64,000 bases of DNA from Lama glama (taxonomy: Eukaryota): the NCBI GenBank assembly GCA_028534125.1, contig CM052818.1, forward strand, positions 38,876,001-38,940,000. Direction: 5' to 3'. Under the pieces are notes generated by a model that was given only the letters and a program-made list of their open reading frames with translations, had not been told where the DNA came from and ran no database searches. Each line of letters starts with the position of its first letter. Positions within the stretch are counted from its first letter, which is position 1. Made by a program: the position numbers and the translations under genes. This document shows, piece by piece, positions 1 to 13,015 of the stretch.

Positions 1-40
1 TTGTTCACTTATTCATTCGACAAATATTTACTGAGTGCTT
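1..40 (-). mobile_element. L2 LINE 3' end fragment
   Basis: ttcacttattcattcgacaaatatttactgagtgc is the reverse complement of the typical L2 tail (gcactcaataaatatttgttgaatgaatgaa). Confidence 0.7.
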
Positions 41-439
41 TCTTTCAAGGCCTTTGGAAGGGTTGGTCTTAAAAATATTTAACAAATAGAATAGTACGGG
101 CAACAAGCAATCAGAATGAGAAACTGGCCAATCAGAATGGACACTGCCTGTCAAGGACCAACACATTCGGATTAGTACAGGTGAGATCTCAGCCCCGAAG
201 CAGGAAGCACAGCATTCTAGTGGTCAGGGCGGAAGGGGTCAGGGAGCTCCCCAGGTGAGATGCTTCTAACCTGACTCCTACAGGACCAGAGGAAGAAAGG
301 AAGGAAGCAGGCATTTCAGGCACAAGAGGGGTGCAGAGTGGACACCACATAGACAAAGTCCCCATAAGCAAGAGAGTCCCTGAAACTTCAGGAATCTTCC
401 AGTAGCTGAGTGAGGCTGCTGAAAAGTCATGATGCCGAG

Positions 440-610
440 AGGAACCAGACCACAAAGAACCTTGCATGATTTAATAAGATTTGGAATTTAATTCCTTGAG
501 TTGATTTAGAACAGCTAAAGGACTTTTAATCAGGGGGAAATGGGACCAAATTATCTTTCTAGTGTTTTTAGAAAGATCACTGTCTATATTCTAATTAATA
601 GGAGAGTGTA
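440..610 (-). mobile_element. L2 internal fragment
   Basis: gatttggaattta...ggacttttaatcagggg...ttttagaaagatcactgtct resembles L2 3' region motifs; boundaries approximate. Confidence 0.5.
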
Positions 611-943
611 AGGGGCCAGAGGGAAGGTGACCAGAAACTCCCCCAGTGAAAGATGACAAGCCAGCATTTAGAAAAAGTTTGCTCTTTGGTGCACCTTTAG
701 TGTATGGGGGTATGGATCCTCCTAATGTTTGCCCCACACAGGACCTTTTTAGCCTGCAAACAAGAAGTGATGCTTCGGTGCATGTTACAGCCCAGGCAAG
801 TGGTTCAGGGCACCATCTGTGCCTAAAGTATGTGTTTCCAACATAACTACACTACCCCACGGCATCTTGTTCATGACTCAGCTGCCAATGAAAGGGGAGC
901 CTAAAGAGGACCCCAGGAATTAAGGGGCCTCCTTGTCCTAGAT

Positions 944-1265
944 CAGCTGTTCTCAAACGTTTTGGTCTCTGGATCCCTATTTTATAGTCTTAAAAGTTAT
1001 TGACGACCCTTAAGAGTTTCTGTTTAGGTGGCTTATAGCTATCAATATTCACCATATTAAAAATTAAAGCTGAGAAATTTTTAAATTATGTATTACTTTA
1101 TTTAAAACTAACAATAATAAACTACTATGTGTTATATTTTTATGAAAAAAATCTGTATTTTCTAAAACAAAAATAATTAGTGAGAAAGGCGGCATTGTTT
1201 TATAGTTCTTCAAATCCCTTTAATGTCTGGCTCCATAAAGACGGCTAGATGATCGTATCCAATTC
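944..1265 (+). mobile_element. hAT-Charlie DNA transposon, Charlie1-like terminal fragment
   Basis: Starts cagctgttctcaaacgttttggtctc and continues cttaaaagttattgacgaccctaagag...aaattaaagctgagaaatttttaaa...tagtgagaaaggcggcattgtttt, matching the Charlie1 end as recalled. Confidence 0.8.
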
Positions 1266-2847
1266 TGCCCTTTGGAAGGAACCAAGCCAACCTGCTAGTC
1301 CCTGTTTCCTGCAGGGGTGTCGTCTGCTCCCCTAGACTGTGAGTTTGGCTAGGATGGGGCCACACCCAGAGGTTGGGGGTGGGGGGACCCATGTCCTCAA
1401 GACTGCTGAGCAGGCACGTCCTGGACAGCATGTCAGGCTCACACAGCCCCCCGGGTGTATTAAGTGCATTTCCCTGGATTTCTCAGACCAATTCAATCCC
1501 CAGACCATCCCTGGTTGTATGGCCTAGAATTCCTCCTAGATACCTCTCTTTCGTTCACCGCCACACCGTGGCCATTTCATCACCAAGTACCTTCAATTCA
1601 GCCTCATCAGCATCTCTCAATCCATCCATCCTTCCCTGTTCATCACTACCACTGACACCCATCCCCGTCCTGAGTTCCTGCCACAGCCCCATCTACACTA
1701 AAAATCTCCCAAGCAGGCTCCACAGGAACTAGAAGACCACAAGGTAGATATTCAAATAATGGCTTTTGAATTAATGAAAGAGGGCTTGACTAGTTCAAAC
1801 TATCCAGTTCAAAGAGTAAGAAAGAGAGGATGGGTTCAGTGAGCCTCCCCACCCCGCTTAGCACTTCCAGCAAATTCTCGGGGATGATTAAGTCCAAATT
1901 TTGCCTTGCCCCAGTAGTCCCAAAAGATGGGTACCTGTGTCCTTCTCAGAGGGGTCAGAAAACAGTCTGGCCATAGCCCAGCCTGCAGTCAGCTGAGGCC
2001 TCAGATGCACATTTCCTGAGGATGCTCCCTGGGCAGCTGTTCATTCCTCAGACATTTGAGTCAGAGGAGCAGCAGTTGAGAGAATGGGAAAGTGCTGGTT
2101 TCACCTTATTTGCTTGTTCTGTGTCAGCTGTCCTCCAACTAGCCTGCGGCAAGGGTGGGGTGCCCTGCACAGACAACTCTGTCAGGTACCTATTTTTAGT
2201 GGCTCTGCTGGATTACAAAGCGCCATCACCAAGGAGTGAGGGGAGCAGCTGACACTCCAGCCTGCAATCTGGGTATCTCTCCGAATGTGTCTGCCACTGA
2301 AACATGGCTCTTCAATAATGCATGGGGCTATTAGCACCAAGCTGGGGAAGACTTGCTCCCTCCCAGCGATCAAAGCTGCCGCCTGGGAGCTGAGTTGGTG
2401 ATCAGATTTCATGGGCGCCTTACAACTGCTGCCCCTCCATATGAGATTAGAATGGGCTGTTTCATGTCCAAGGATGAAAGCAAGCAAGGATTTAGGAGAA
2501 AATCTGTCTTCCCAGAGAAATCAAAACACATCCATTTCATTACAAATGGATGCATGACACAGCTAATAGCTCCTGTGATCGGGAACACTGCGGGACCAGC
2601 TGTCTACATCGGCGGCTTCTCCCTGATGCTGTGTAAGATGTGTGGGATGCAAGATCAGGGAAGCCACTTGATTTCTTTATGTTCAGGGCGTCTCCCAGAC
2701 TATAGGGCCCTGTCTCAAATCCTTTGGAGATTTACCTCCATCCTGCAGCATCAGCATGGGTTGAAGCAATCTCCTCAGAGGTGACTGGGTGGTTGAAGCA
2801 GGGACCACTGAGGAGGAGGTGGCTGCAGCCAGCAGCTGACATCATAT

Positions 2848-3020
2848 TAATAGCACCTCATTACTGTGCATGATCATATGTACAGCACTTTGCATACAGG
2901 ACCTCTAATCCTTGCAGCAGCTGGCAGTGTATTATTAGATCTTGCTACAATGAAGAAATTGAGCATTTGAGAGCTTAAGTGATCAGCTCAAGGCCACCCA
3001 GGTAAGAAGTTCTGGAGCCC
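2848..3020 (-). mobile_element. MIR SINE
   Basis: cagcactttgcatac...taatccttgcagcag...atgaagaaattgag...aagtgatcagctcaaggccacccag is the reverse-strand MIR core. Confidence 0.65.
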
Positions 3021-5161
3021 ACACTGGAGCCAGGCCTGGGCCCATGCCCTGCACCAGCTGCTCCCGCAAGTTCCCTCCAGAAGCAAAGCCAAAGCCAGGA
3101 GTAAAACAGAGCCTTCCCGGAGAAGCAGACCTTTGCAGCCACACGTGAAGTGTGGAGCATTTAGCCAACATCCCTGCAGCCACTCTCTGGTCTGACTTCT
3201 GAGGCTTTGCACAGTGAGGCTCCTGCCTCCATCGCAGCCATCTTTCTGTGTCTTCTCCAGGGAACGCTCTCCTTTCCAGCCCACAGAAGCTGGCCTGGGT
3301 ATTGAACAGCTGAGAAGCTAATTTCTTCTGGCTGCTGGCTCTGAGCCCCTGGGTGGCTGCTCGTCCTCTCTGGCCTTGCTTTCATCTTCTGTAAATTGGA
3401 GGCAATGCCACCTCGGTGGTGGCGAGGCAGCATGGGAGACACTCAAGCAAGGGAGCTGAATGGGACTCCCCTGGCTTGTCCTGTAGATCACACCGGGTGC
3501 CCCCATGGTCCGTGTGCCCAGCTCTGCCTTCCTCTGCAGTAGCTTTCTTTGTTCCATCTATATCCCCAAACCATGGGACGCTTGGGTCAAATATCCTTCT
3601 CCTTCAAGAGGAACTTCCCTGTATTAACGTCCCCACTAGCCTGCAGCCCGTATGAGCTGGGCCCCCACTCACTGTCTCATCTCTGGCTTTGAGAGATGAG
3701 TCCACCAGCTTGGCCAAGAGCTATGTGGGGGCAGCGTGGGGAGTTTGTCACCCCCACCTCCTATCTGCCTTACCCTCCGGACCCGCCTGTGCATCAAGCA
3801 CAAGGCAGACCTGGCAGGGCTGATGGCAATTCCGCAGCCCTGGCTTCAGAGTGTTGGGCAGGCTCTGGATACAAGGACAGACAGCCCTGTCAGTCTCCCT
3901 GGACCAGTGGGCAAAAGCGCTCCTCCAGCAGCCCAGGAGTCGGAGGCAGGCGCCCTCGGCATGCTCGGAGAACAGGTCCTCAGTCCTGGGCTTCTCTGCC
4001 TGGGCTGGGAGGTGTCCCTGTCACTGACCCAGAGGTAACGGTGTCATCTGGGAGGCTCCCCCACCTGATCTGGTTTGATTCCCCCGTTTAACTGTGTATC
4101 TGTCTCTCCCACCCACCTGGGGCCCCTCAAAGTGTGGACTGTGTCTGGTGTATGTCTGCGTGCCCAGGGCCAGCACAGCAACTCCACCAGGGAAGCGCTC
4201 AGAGTTCTGGGTGTTACTCACAGCGGGGGTGCTGACGACGGACCTGGGCTGCGGTCTAGAGATGTAGGAGGACATCTCTGGCAGCCTTGGAGGCCCAGAA
4301 AATCTGGGTTTGGAGGCAGAAGAGAACCTCAGTGACTGGGCTCTGTCCAGGGCAATTAGAGACAGGCGTTTGTAAATCACAGTTCTTATGCCATTTAACA
4401 GAGATCCAGCCACTGTCAATCCACTTGCCAGAAAATCTCATTGGAGACTGAAGTCATCTATCTGCCTTCTGTGTCACCAGCCCCGTGCCCAGGAAGGGAT
4501 GTCGGTGTACCTGCATCTCCTCCAGCACCTGCTTACGCTGCGGGTGCCCAGTTGTGTTGAAGTGAAGATACAACCGGGAAAGTCCACGTGCTCCTGAGTT
4601 GGCTGCAGGCAGCACAGCCCCGAGTCTCATTAAACACCCACATGGCCTTTGATGGCACTTCCTGCATCCAGTCCTGCTTGGCATCTGATCTAAACTCTTC
4701 CTGTGGAAATGTAAATAGTTACTGGTTTAGGGATGTGCCAGGGCCTTCTGATCCTCACTCAGCACAGCTGGCAACTCCCTTTCTGGTTGCAATGACAGTG
4801 CTTTTCTACACTGGGCCGCAGAGCAGACTCCATCCCTCCTGACAAGCCCTTGTCACTCCTACTCATCAGTCATCAAGGATCTTGGGTGGCTTCCCTGCCC
4901 TTCCTCCTGCAGCGCCCTCTCTCTGGCTGTGCCTCAGCTCTGCTCCTTGCCCTTGGATGCTCACTCTATTGGGTCCAGAAGTCTCCATGCTCACAGAGCA
5001 TGCCCAGCCAAGCCCCCATGACCCAGTGTCCCCAGGGCAGGCAAGGTCCCTTGGGGTACGTTGGGCACAGGCCACTTCCACTCAGTTCAGCCGTCCGTCC
5101 ACTTCCTGGCTGCCCCTCTGTCTCTCAGACCACTCTGCATACCCAGCTCAGAGGTTTTCTC

Positions 5162-5407
5162 TTTTTTTTAATTATACTTTTTATTTCTAGATAATTGTAA
5201 ATTCACATGCAGCTGTATTCTTCACCCTGTTTCTCCTGATGGTAACATCTTGCAAAACCCTAGTGTGATGCCACAACCAGGATGTTAAGATACTGACACT
5301 GATGCAGCCAAGATACAGAAGGATCCCTTGTATTACCCTTTTATAGCCACACCCACTTCCTTCCCACCCCACCTCCTCCTTAACCCTTAGCCACCACTAA
5401 CTAATTC
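5162..5407 (-). mobile_element. L1MC-type LINE 3' end
   Basis: T-rich start then ttttatttctagataattgtaaattcacatgcagctgta...ggtaacatcttgcaaaac...cacaaccaggat...cccttttatagccacaccca, old L1 3'UTR. Confidence 0.75.
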
Positions 5408-8400
5408 AGTCCCGAGGTTTTTCTAAACAGCTCTGTGCTCAGGCCCCAGGCTCCTTAACCCTACTCCTGGCCCTGGTCAGGTCCCATCTCCTCAGCTGGG
5501 CTCCCACATTCTCCCACCTCAATCCCACCTCCCATGTCTCGTTCACACCTGCAGGCAGAGGCAGGCTTGGTGTGAGCCGTGAGGATGGAGCCTTGGCCTG
5601 AAACATCACTAACTCCCTGGAGAAACTCAGCAAGCTGCACCTCTCCCTGGGCCTGTTTCCGCACTCAGATGGGAAGTCAGGGAAGATGTTCTCTGTAGAG
5701 CCCTGTCAATGGCCATGGAACGGCCATGGTGAAATCCTCTGCGCTGAGCTCCAATTTCCCAACCGCAGGTGGGGAGCCCACCCCAGGCCACAGGTCACAT
5801 CCCAGGCCACGGGTCATCCTGAGGGGGAGATGTATCCTGTCAGAATTCTCTCCCCACCTCTCTCAATGTCCACCCGCTGAGCCGGCCACCTGCCCCCGGT
5901 GTGTCAGATCAAAGCCCTTCCCTGGTCTGCAGGTAGATAACTCAGTATGCTCCTGTCTATTTTCCCGCTTCCAAGACACTCGGGGACTGCAGAAGAGTTT
6001 TTGGCTCCATTACCAGAGACAGCAAAGGCTTGTGTGTTCCCGAAGCTGTGTCTCATCCTAGGAGCTGGCCTGGGCCACTTTGATGTGCAAAGGGCTTTGA
6101 CTGAGCAATTAGCTCTGAGGAAACCAAGTTACTCCTCCTGATGGACTTACTGGCTGGGGTCACCTCCAGCTGTGACGCAGGAAGGATTCTTTTGCCTGGA
6201 GGGCCAGTGTGAGCCCCCTCAGATGGGCTGTGAGAACTGGGCGCAGGCCTCTGCCTCCTCTCTCTTGGGAGAGGGGCTGGGACGTGGAAATGTCCAGGGC
6301 CTGGGCTGTTGGCTGTGTTCGAGACACACAGACAGTCCTGGTCACCTGCCCTAATGACACGGCCCCCGGCTCTCTTAGAGAGGCGATATTGATCTCTTTC
6401 TGAGCAGTGTTCCAGAGCTTACGCTGTGCAGAGGGCGTGAGATGTCTAATCATTACAACGGGACTATCTAGATCTGCCTAGGGCACCCGCCAGGCCACCA
6501 CCACATTCAGACTCAAAAGAGCATGACAGAAGCACCGGCCAAGGGTGCCACCCCCACCCTCCCCCAGGGCCGGGCGGCTCTCACGTGTTATTTCACGGTA
6601 TCCTCACAATCTTTCTTCTCTTCCGGTGAGCAAGTGCTCAGGGAGGCAGGGCCCTCCCCGAAGTCACATGGCCCATCCTCAGGGATGGGATCCACACCAG
6701 GTCTGCCTGACACAGTCCAGGCCTCACCCTGCTTCACCTCAGCTGCCCCTTTCAATATTCAGGGTTTAAAACAACAACAACAACAAGCAATCCTTCGAGT
6801 CTGTCAAATGCCCCTTCCTCCAGGAAGCCTGCCTGGTCTGCTTAACTGCACCAAACTTCTCTCAGCCTGCGGCGTGGAACCCTTTGCCCCTTTCTCGGGC
6901 TCTTTTCACACTTGCTGCTGTAGCTATTTGTACACTCAGCTGTGCCACCTTAAGCTCCTGAGGGGCCCAAATAGTGTCTGAGTCTCTTATCCTCAGGCCC
7001 CCCTGCCCTCCACAAACACTTCCTGAATGAATAAGCAAGGGTGGCTGTGGCCTGGCTCACACTTCCCCAAAGCCAAAGTCAAGGAACTAAGGGTTCGGGA
7101 CTTCAAACCACAATACCCTTCACCTCTAGGGAGGCCCCAGCCTGGGGAGTGCTGGATAAAACTGCTTGAAAAAGGAGAGCACATGACACTGGTGTGCTTG
7201 TCAAGGAAGGGCTCAGAAAGGCGGCTGAGGGGCGGGAGGATGCCCAGTTCCCCGCAGTGCTCCACGCCAGCCACGGGGCCTGTGAAGCCCGACCCCAGCC
7301 TGCTTCCTCAGGCCTGCCGCAGACTGCTCTCGGCTCAGGGCAGGGACCCCGGAGTTTCCTGCTAGAGTCCCATTTCCAAGAGTGAGTTAGTCAACAGCTT
7401 TCTGGGATTTCTAAGAATAAATGTGCTGGGGTGGTCATGGCTTTCTAGATCACTCAGTGTTTTACTGGAAACACACTGGTCTTTTCTGCACAGTCACAGC
7501 CAGCACTCACAGGCTGTAATCACAGAATGTTCTGGGCTCATCCCCCTCTCTGGCTGGGGGAGTAGCTGTACCCAGAGCAGCAAGATGGGTTTGGGTCTGG
7601 ACCAGTGCCTTCGGCTTTGAGACCTGCCTTTCCAAAACAAGCAGTAGCGTCCCGCTGGGCTGGACTCCAGCTGGGATCTCCCGCACGTGGCTCATCTGTC
7701 TATGCCCAGGGAGCCCAAAGAAGCTGGACCCAGCCCTGCTCTCTGTTGAGTGCTGAGGACCAGAGGACATGATGGCCACCTGGGCTCTCTAGGGGCTCAT
7801 GGGACTGGCAAGAGCAGCCACCCCAAGGAGACAGCTCCTGGGACTGTGGTTGTGGCACTGACTAAAGATGAGGAAAGTTCTGAGAAGTGGGAGCAATCTC
7901 AAGGCCAAGCACAGGGAGCATCTCCTGAGATGTGGGCGGTGTGGGGAGACGGAGGCAAGGCCTGTAAGGATGGCCAGATCCAGAGGGGGACCGAGGAAGT
8001 GTCCTGCATCCAGGTCTCTTCTGGGTTGTGTGTCCCTCCAAGGGCAAAACAGTGACCAAGGAAACCACATCATGGACTGTGGGGGCTTGGTGTGAGAGTG
8101 GGGGGTTACAAGGAGACCTGGGCTCTACATTAGGTCTGCGGCCTCCCCAGTTCCAACCAGCCCCCCAGCTACATGACTCACCATAGCTCCTCCCCTAGCC
8201 TGCCCTCTGTCCATAGAAACTTTGACCTTGCAAATACACGCCTGGCCCCCTTCCAGAGAATGACATCACCAAGTGTGCCCTCTGTCTTGTCACCTGACAC
8301 TCCTAGAAGCTCAGAATGTCCTACAGCCCCCGGCCTGGGGAGCCAGAGAAGTCCCACCCCTTCTCTTGACTGGGTGTGGAGGAGAGAAGACAGAACCTGC

Positions 8401-8414
8401 AGTCCAACAGATAC

Positions 8415-8600
8415 ATGGGTTTGTTCCCTGGTTCTGACACATATAGGTGATCAGCTGACCTCTCTCAGCCTTCATCTCTTGATTTGTAAAATGGGAATAA
8501 TTATGCTTACCTTCCATTGTAGGGAGGTCAATGAGAACCATCTATGAGGTGTCTGGCACTGTGCCTGGCATGCAGTAGGTGCTCACTAAATGTTAGCTTT
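8415..8600 (+). mobile_element. MIR SINE
   Basis: cctctctcagcctt...tgtaaaatgggaataat...ggcactgtgcctggcatgcagtaggtgctcactaaatgttagct. Confidence 0.8.
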
Positions 8601-9062
8601 CATTTTCTCTCCTCCCTGTTCCTAACCCTTTTTCCTCCGATAAATGCGTGGGAGCAGGAATCCTGCTCTCAGGACCTCTGCTGGCAGCCTGCCGTCAGGA
8701 TGCATGACCATTGTGAGCTGTGTGACCACTGTGTGCTGAGGGAGCACATCTCGGGGCACTGAGGTCCTCGTGCCCAGGCCCGCATGTTAGTAGAGAGGCT
8801 GTGAGGGGGGCCATTGCGGAGATGGAAACCAAGATGTCCAGGAGGGGAAGCGGGCCTGGGTGGGGCCGTCTGTGGAGAAGGACAAACTGCACAATGAACA
8901 TAGGTATTAATGGGGGTGAGGCTACAGCCAGACCAGTGCCTTGACCGCCCACCGGAACCACCCAACCCTCTGTCCACACCCTGGCCTTTCCTGGGCAGAG
9001 CCAGGACCCCAGCACCACATGCAGGCCCCAGTTCTCCTTGGTAGTCCAGGCCCTGCTTTTGA

Positions 9063-9415
9063 TTTTTTTTTAACTTTTTATTTTGGAATAATTTTAGATC
9101 TATACACAAGTTACAAAGACAGTACAGAGAGTTCCCATACACCCATCGCCCAGTTTCCTCCTATGTTAACATCTTACATAACTGTGGAACATTCGTCACC
9201 ACTAAGAAACTAACACGGGGACAATATTATTAACTCAACTACAAACTTTACTCGAATTTCACCAGTGTTTCCTTAATAGACATTAATTGTCCTTTTTCCC
9301 TGTTCCCGGATCTGATCCTGGTTGCCACCGTGCATTCGGTTGTGATGTTTCCTTAGTCTTTTTCCATTTGTGATAGTTTCTTAGTCTTTCCTTATTTTTC
9401 ATGAAATTGATGGTT
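9063..9415 (-). mobile_element. Old L1M (L1MC/MD-like) 3' end
   Basis: ttttattttggaataattttagatctatacacaagttacaaagacagtacagagagttcccatacaccc...gttaacatcttacataac. Confidence 0.8.
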
Positions 9416-9612
9416 TTTAAATTTTTTTATTGTGGTGAAATATATACATATAACACAAAATTGCCATTTTAACCATAAACTTACAATTTAGGGGCATTCA
9501 TTATATTCACAGTGTTGCATAACCATTCCCACTCTTTCTAAAACATGTTAATCACCCCAAACAGAAGCCCTGTAACCAGGAAGACGCAACTCCCCACTCC
9601 CCTCTCGCAGGT
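9416..9612 (-). mobile_element. L1MB-type 3' end
   Basis: tttttattgtggtgaaatatatacatataacacaaaattgccattttaacca...tatattcacagtgttgcataaccat...atcaccccaaacagaa. Confidence 0.75.
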
Positions 9613-10999
9613 ACCTCTTGAGAGGCTCAGAGGGGCCGCCACCCCAGCCTCGTGTCCAGGAAGGAGGCCTTGTCATTCCTGAGCAGAATCAGTCCTTCCA
9701 GAGCCCTGAGCTGCACAGAAAGTCTTGTGGGGGTCATTCTCCTGTGGTGCCCCTGGTGGCATCCACCCCCGATCCTCAGCACATTGTGTGCTTGCTAAGG
9801 ATGGAGAGGAGTCAAACACTCACCTGCCCCTGTTCTTCTCTGGAAACCATCCTGCTTTGGCTTTTGAACAAAGGCTGAGATGTCTGAGACCCTCCTCCCA
9901 CACACCCACCAAGAGCCCTCCGGCTGAGACCCAGACAGCCTGCGCTAGCGTTTCTCCCCTGGGTGCCGGCATGGGGCTCTCCCGGCAGAGCACCCCCTAC
10001 AAAGGGTCCCATTGCCGCCGAGCTCCAGCCCTGGCACCCCCCGATGCGGCTGTGCAGAGGAAAGCATCTCTACTGCAGCCCTGACTTTGGGGTGCCCTCC
10101 TTGGCAGGCTGGCTCCCAGGTGTAACCCCACGGCCAAGGGCACACTGAACACAGGATGGCCTAAAAGCCAGATACGTGTGCCCAGGGCCCGGTGCCGTGC
10201 AGATCACTCTCTGCCACCCTATAACACAACTGGAACATCAGTGTGCCTGGCTTCCCGCCCCAGATTTGGGCACTCGGGACGCGGCTGCCCATTGCCAGGC
10301 CCCTGTCATCAGGCTCCAGCCACCTGTCCAAACACTCATGCCCTCCACCTGGACGTGCTTGCTGCCCGCCACACCAGCTGGCTTTCCTCCTTCTCTGCTC
10401 CTCCCCGCCCCACTGTGTCTGGTGCCAGGTGAGGACTCTTTGGGGGTAGCCCCTTAATGCTTCTCTGCCCGGCTGTCTGGGAGGAGTAGCTGCTACGTCC
10501 TGAGCAGCTTGGGCTAGGTCAGGGGAGAGCTGGACCTGGGTCTATTTGTGCTGATCCCTGGATCAGAGGATGTGCTTCCTGGTCAGCAAGAGAGAGTCTC
10601 CCTCAGCCCAGGCGATCTCCTTCTGGACTTGGGGAGTGGAGGGGTGGTGGGGGCTGCATGCAAAGCTGTTTCTCACTGCTGGGAGGGGCTGTGGCTGGAC
10701 AGTTAGCCCCTCAGGGGCCCTGTTGGTCACAGTGTGAGCAACACAGGTCCCATCATCCATTCAACACTGTTCACCGACCCTGGGATGGACAACAGGGTCA
10801 CAGAGCTAGGAAGGCCAAGCCAGCTCTGGGGTTGTTTGATGGCTATCTATGCCACAGACCAGGAAACCAAGAGTCAGTGCAGGCCCATCTTCCAGGACCC
10901 CCTGAGGCCCCATCCTCAGAGAGATCCCAGGCAGCCTCTGCTCTGGGGCCACCATACCCGCCCCCAGGCTGGCAAAGCCTCACTCTGACCAGATGGCTC

Positions 11000-11125
11000 A
11001 GTGGTTTAGAGCACAAGCTTTGGAATCACTGGCTGCTTATTCGCTGTGTGACCTGGGGCAAGTAACCTAACTTCTCTGGCACTCAGGTTCCTCATATGCA
11101 ACATGGAGATAAATATTCCCATCAG
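11000..11125 (+). mobile_element. MIR SINE
   Basis: gtggtttagagcacaagctttggaatca...gctgtgtgacctggggcaagtaacctaacttctctg...ctcaggttcctcat. Confidence 0.8.
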
Positions 11126-11454
11126 TGTGGGGATCAAGAGGCTTAGTTTGTAGGTGTTTTCTTCCCTTTCCCTTAAAAAAAAAAGACCTTTCTGTATCTC
11201 CTCTTGGCTTAGAGGACAGAACCCCAGACTTCTCAACTGTATTTTCAAAGCTTGTGTCTATCAGAACTCCATTTAGCTTTCCCAGTCCAATGACCAGCTC
11301 ATCCCAGTTGGCCCTGGACTTTGGGGGCTATAGCGTTGAAAGTCCTGCGTCCTGGGAGGCACCTCAGTCCCAGTAATGGCACAGTAGGTCTTCCGTTTTC
11401 TAAGCTCACCTACAAACGCCTGTCATGAGAGCCCTGGTTATTCACACCCCCAAC

Positions 11455-11745
11455 ACAGCCACCCCTTCTGACCTCTGGCCTTCACCGGTGCTCTTCCCTC
11501 TATCAGAAATGCTCTTCCTCATCTTTGCCTGTCGAAAGTCCAAAGCAGCATTCAAGGCCAGCTCCTCCACGAGGGCTTCCAGTGCCTGCACCGGATTCAC
11601 ATCCCCTTCCTGCGTTCCCCAGGGCTCCCTTTGTGGCTCCAACACAGGTCCAGGTACCTTTCTCTCCTCACTGAACAGTGAGCCACACAGGGCAGACACA
11701 GCTGGTGTTACACTCCTGTACACAGTAGGTGCTCAATAAATATTG
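11455..11745 (+). mobile_element. L2 3' portion
   Basis: gctcttccctctatcagaaatgctcttcc...ttcaaggccagctc...cacagtaggtgctcaataaatattg. Confidence 0.65.
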
Positions 11746-12947
11746 TGCTCCTGTCACCGCCTCCTCCAGCTGGGTTTGCGGCCCTGCCCACCTCATGCAT
11801 TTGCCCTGGCAGGTGGGCTCCACTGAAGAACCAGCCCCAGGGGGGGCTCAGGTAGAGCTACAGCTGGGACAGACCTCACCTTGGGTGAGGGGAGTTGCGC
11901 TCCCAGGAGGACCCCACCCTGTTCTGACACTACTCCCAGGGGCAAGAGCCCTAGACGGGGCCCACTTGCTCCCAGCAACCCCCAGGCCATCCCACCTTTC
12001 CTTGTCCACTGGAGGCTTAGCAAGCTCTTGGTGAGCACCTGCTACAAATGAATGTGTGGGCTATTGCCCGAGGGCATGAAGGTCATCGATGGTTTCCTAG
12101 GGGATTAGGCAATGAGTGTAGGGCACTGGGGAGGCTGGGTTTGGGGAAAAAGGACACCTTGGACACAGGGCAGGCAGACACCTGAGGGGAGTGGTAGCAA
12201 GAGAGAGGTCCCAGGTGAGTGGGTCTTGCTCAGGTCAGGAGGCCCACAGGGTCCCCAGGAGGGAACTCTCCCCTCCAGCCCTGAAGGCTGCTAACAGCAC
12301 AGGTTAAGAACTCTTTCAGAAACCATTGGTAGAAATCTAAGCATTCTACTCAAATCCCAGAGTGGCCAGCCGAAGGCTGAGGATTCTAAGTTCTAAAACA
12401 TTTGTTGGGCTTTAGGAGAGATGGTGTGGGTGTGAAGGGAGCAGATGCAGGAAGGGAACTCCTGTCCCAGACCAGAGGGGCAGCCTGCATCCTCCCATCC
12501 AGCAGGATGGGGAGGGCGGATGCGGCCAGGCGGACGCTGGGGACCCGGGTGGCACTGACGTGACCCCATCCTCGGCAGGAGGACAATATAAGACAGGGCA
12601 GGGCAGAGGTGGGTGACCCCGACTAGGACCTGGGGACCCTTCTTCCTTCTGGGAGACTCAACTTTCACAACACGGCTCAACACCTTGTGGGGCAAACAAT
12701 GGAGGCTTCTGGCAGCCTGCAGAGAACAGGGCGTGGTGCCTCGGGCACTCGATATTCCTCTGTGATGAAACTTGAGTTGGAAGAACCACAGGGTGGGGCT
12801 GAGCATGGATCTTCTGAGTGTGCGAAACGTCAGAGTCAGTACCTGCCCCTGAGGACGATGAAGTCACATGAGGGGCGGACGTGTGGACCGTGGCATCTAT
12901 GCTTGTTTCTGGTTCTATGCCTGACACTGTACTACGTACTTCACTTG

Positions 12948-13015
12948 TATTATTCATTCAACAAACATTATTGGAGGCCAACTAAGCACCAGGGTTATGG
13001 CAATGAACACTGTCA
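12948..13015 (-). mobile_element. L2 3' end fragment
   Basis: ttcattcaacaaacattattggaggccaactaagcaccagg. Confidence 0.55.

Noticed and set aside
10734..10988. ORF with cadherin-like AIYATDQE and PIF motifs
   Set aside because: Other cadherin motifs (LDRE, DXNDN) and convincing splice sites are absent; judged chance.
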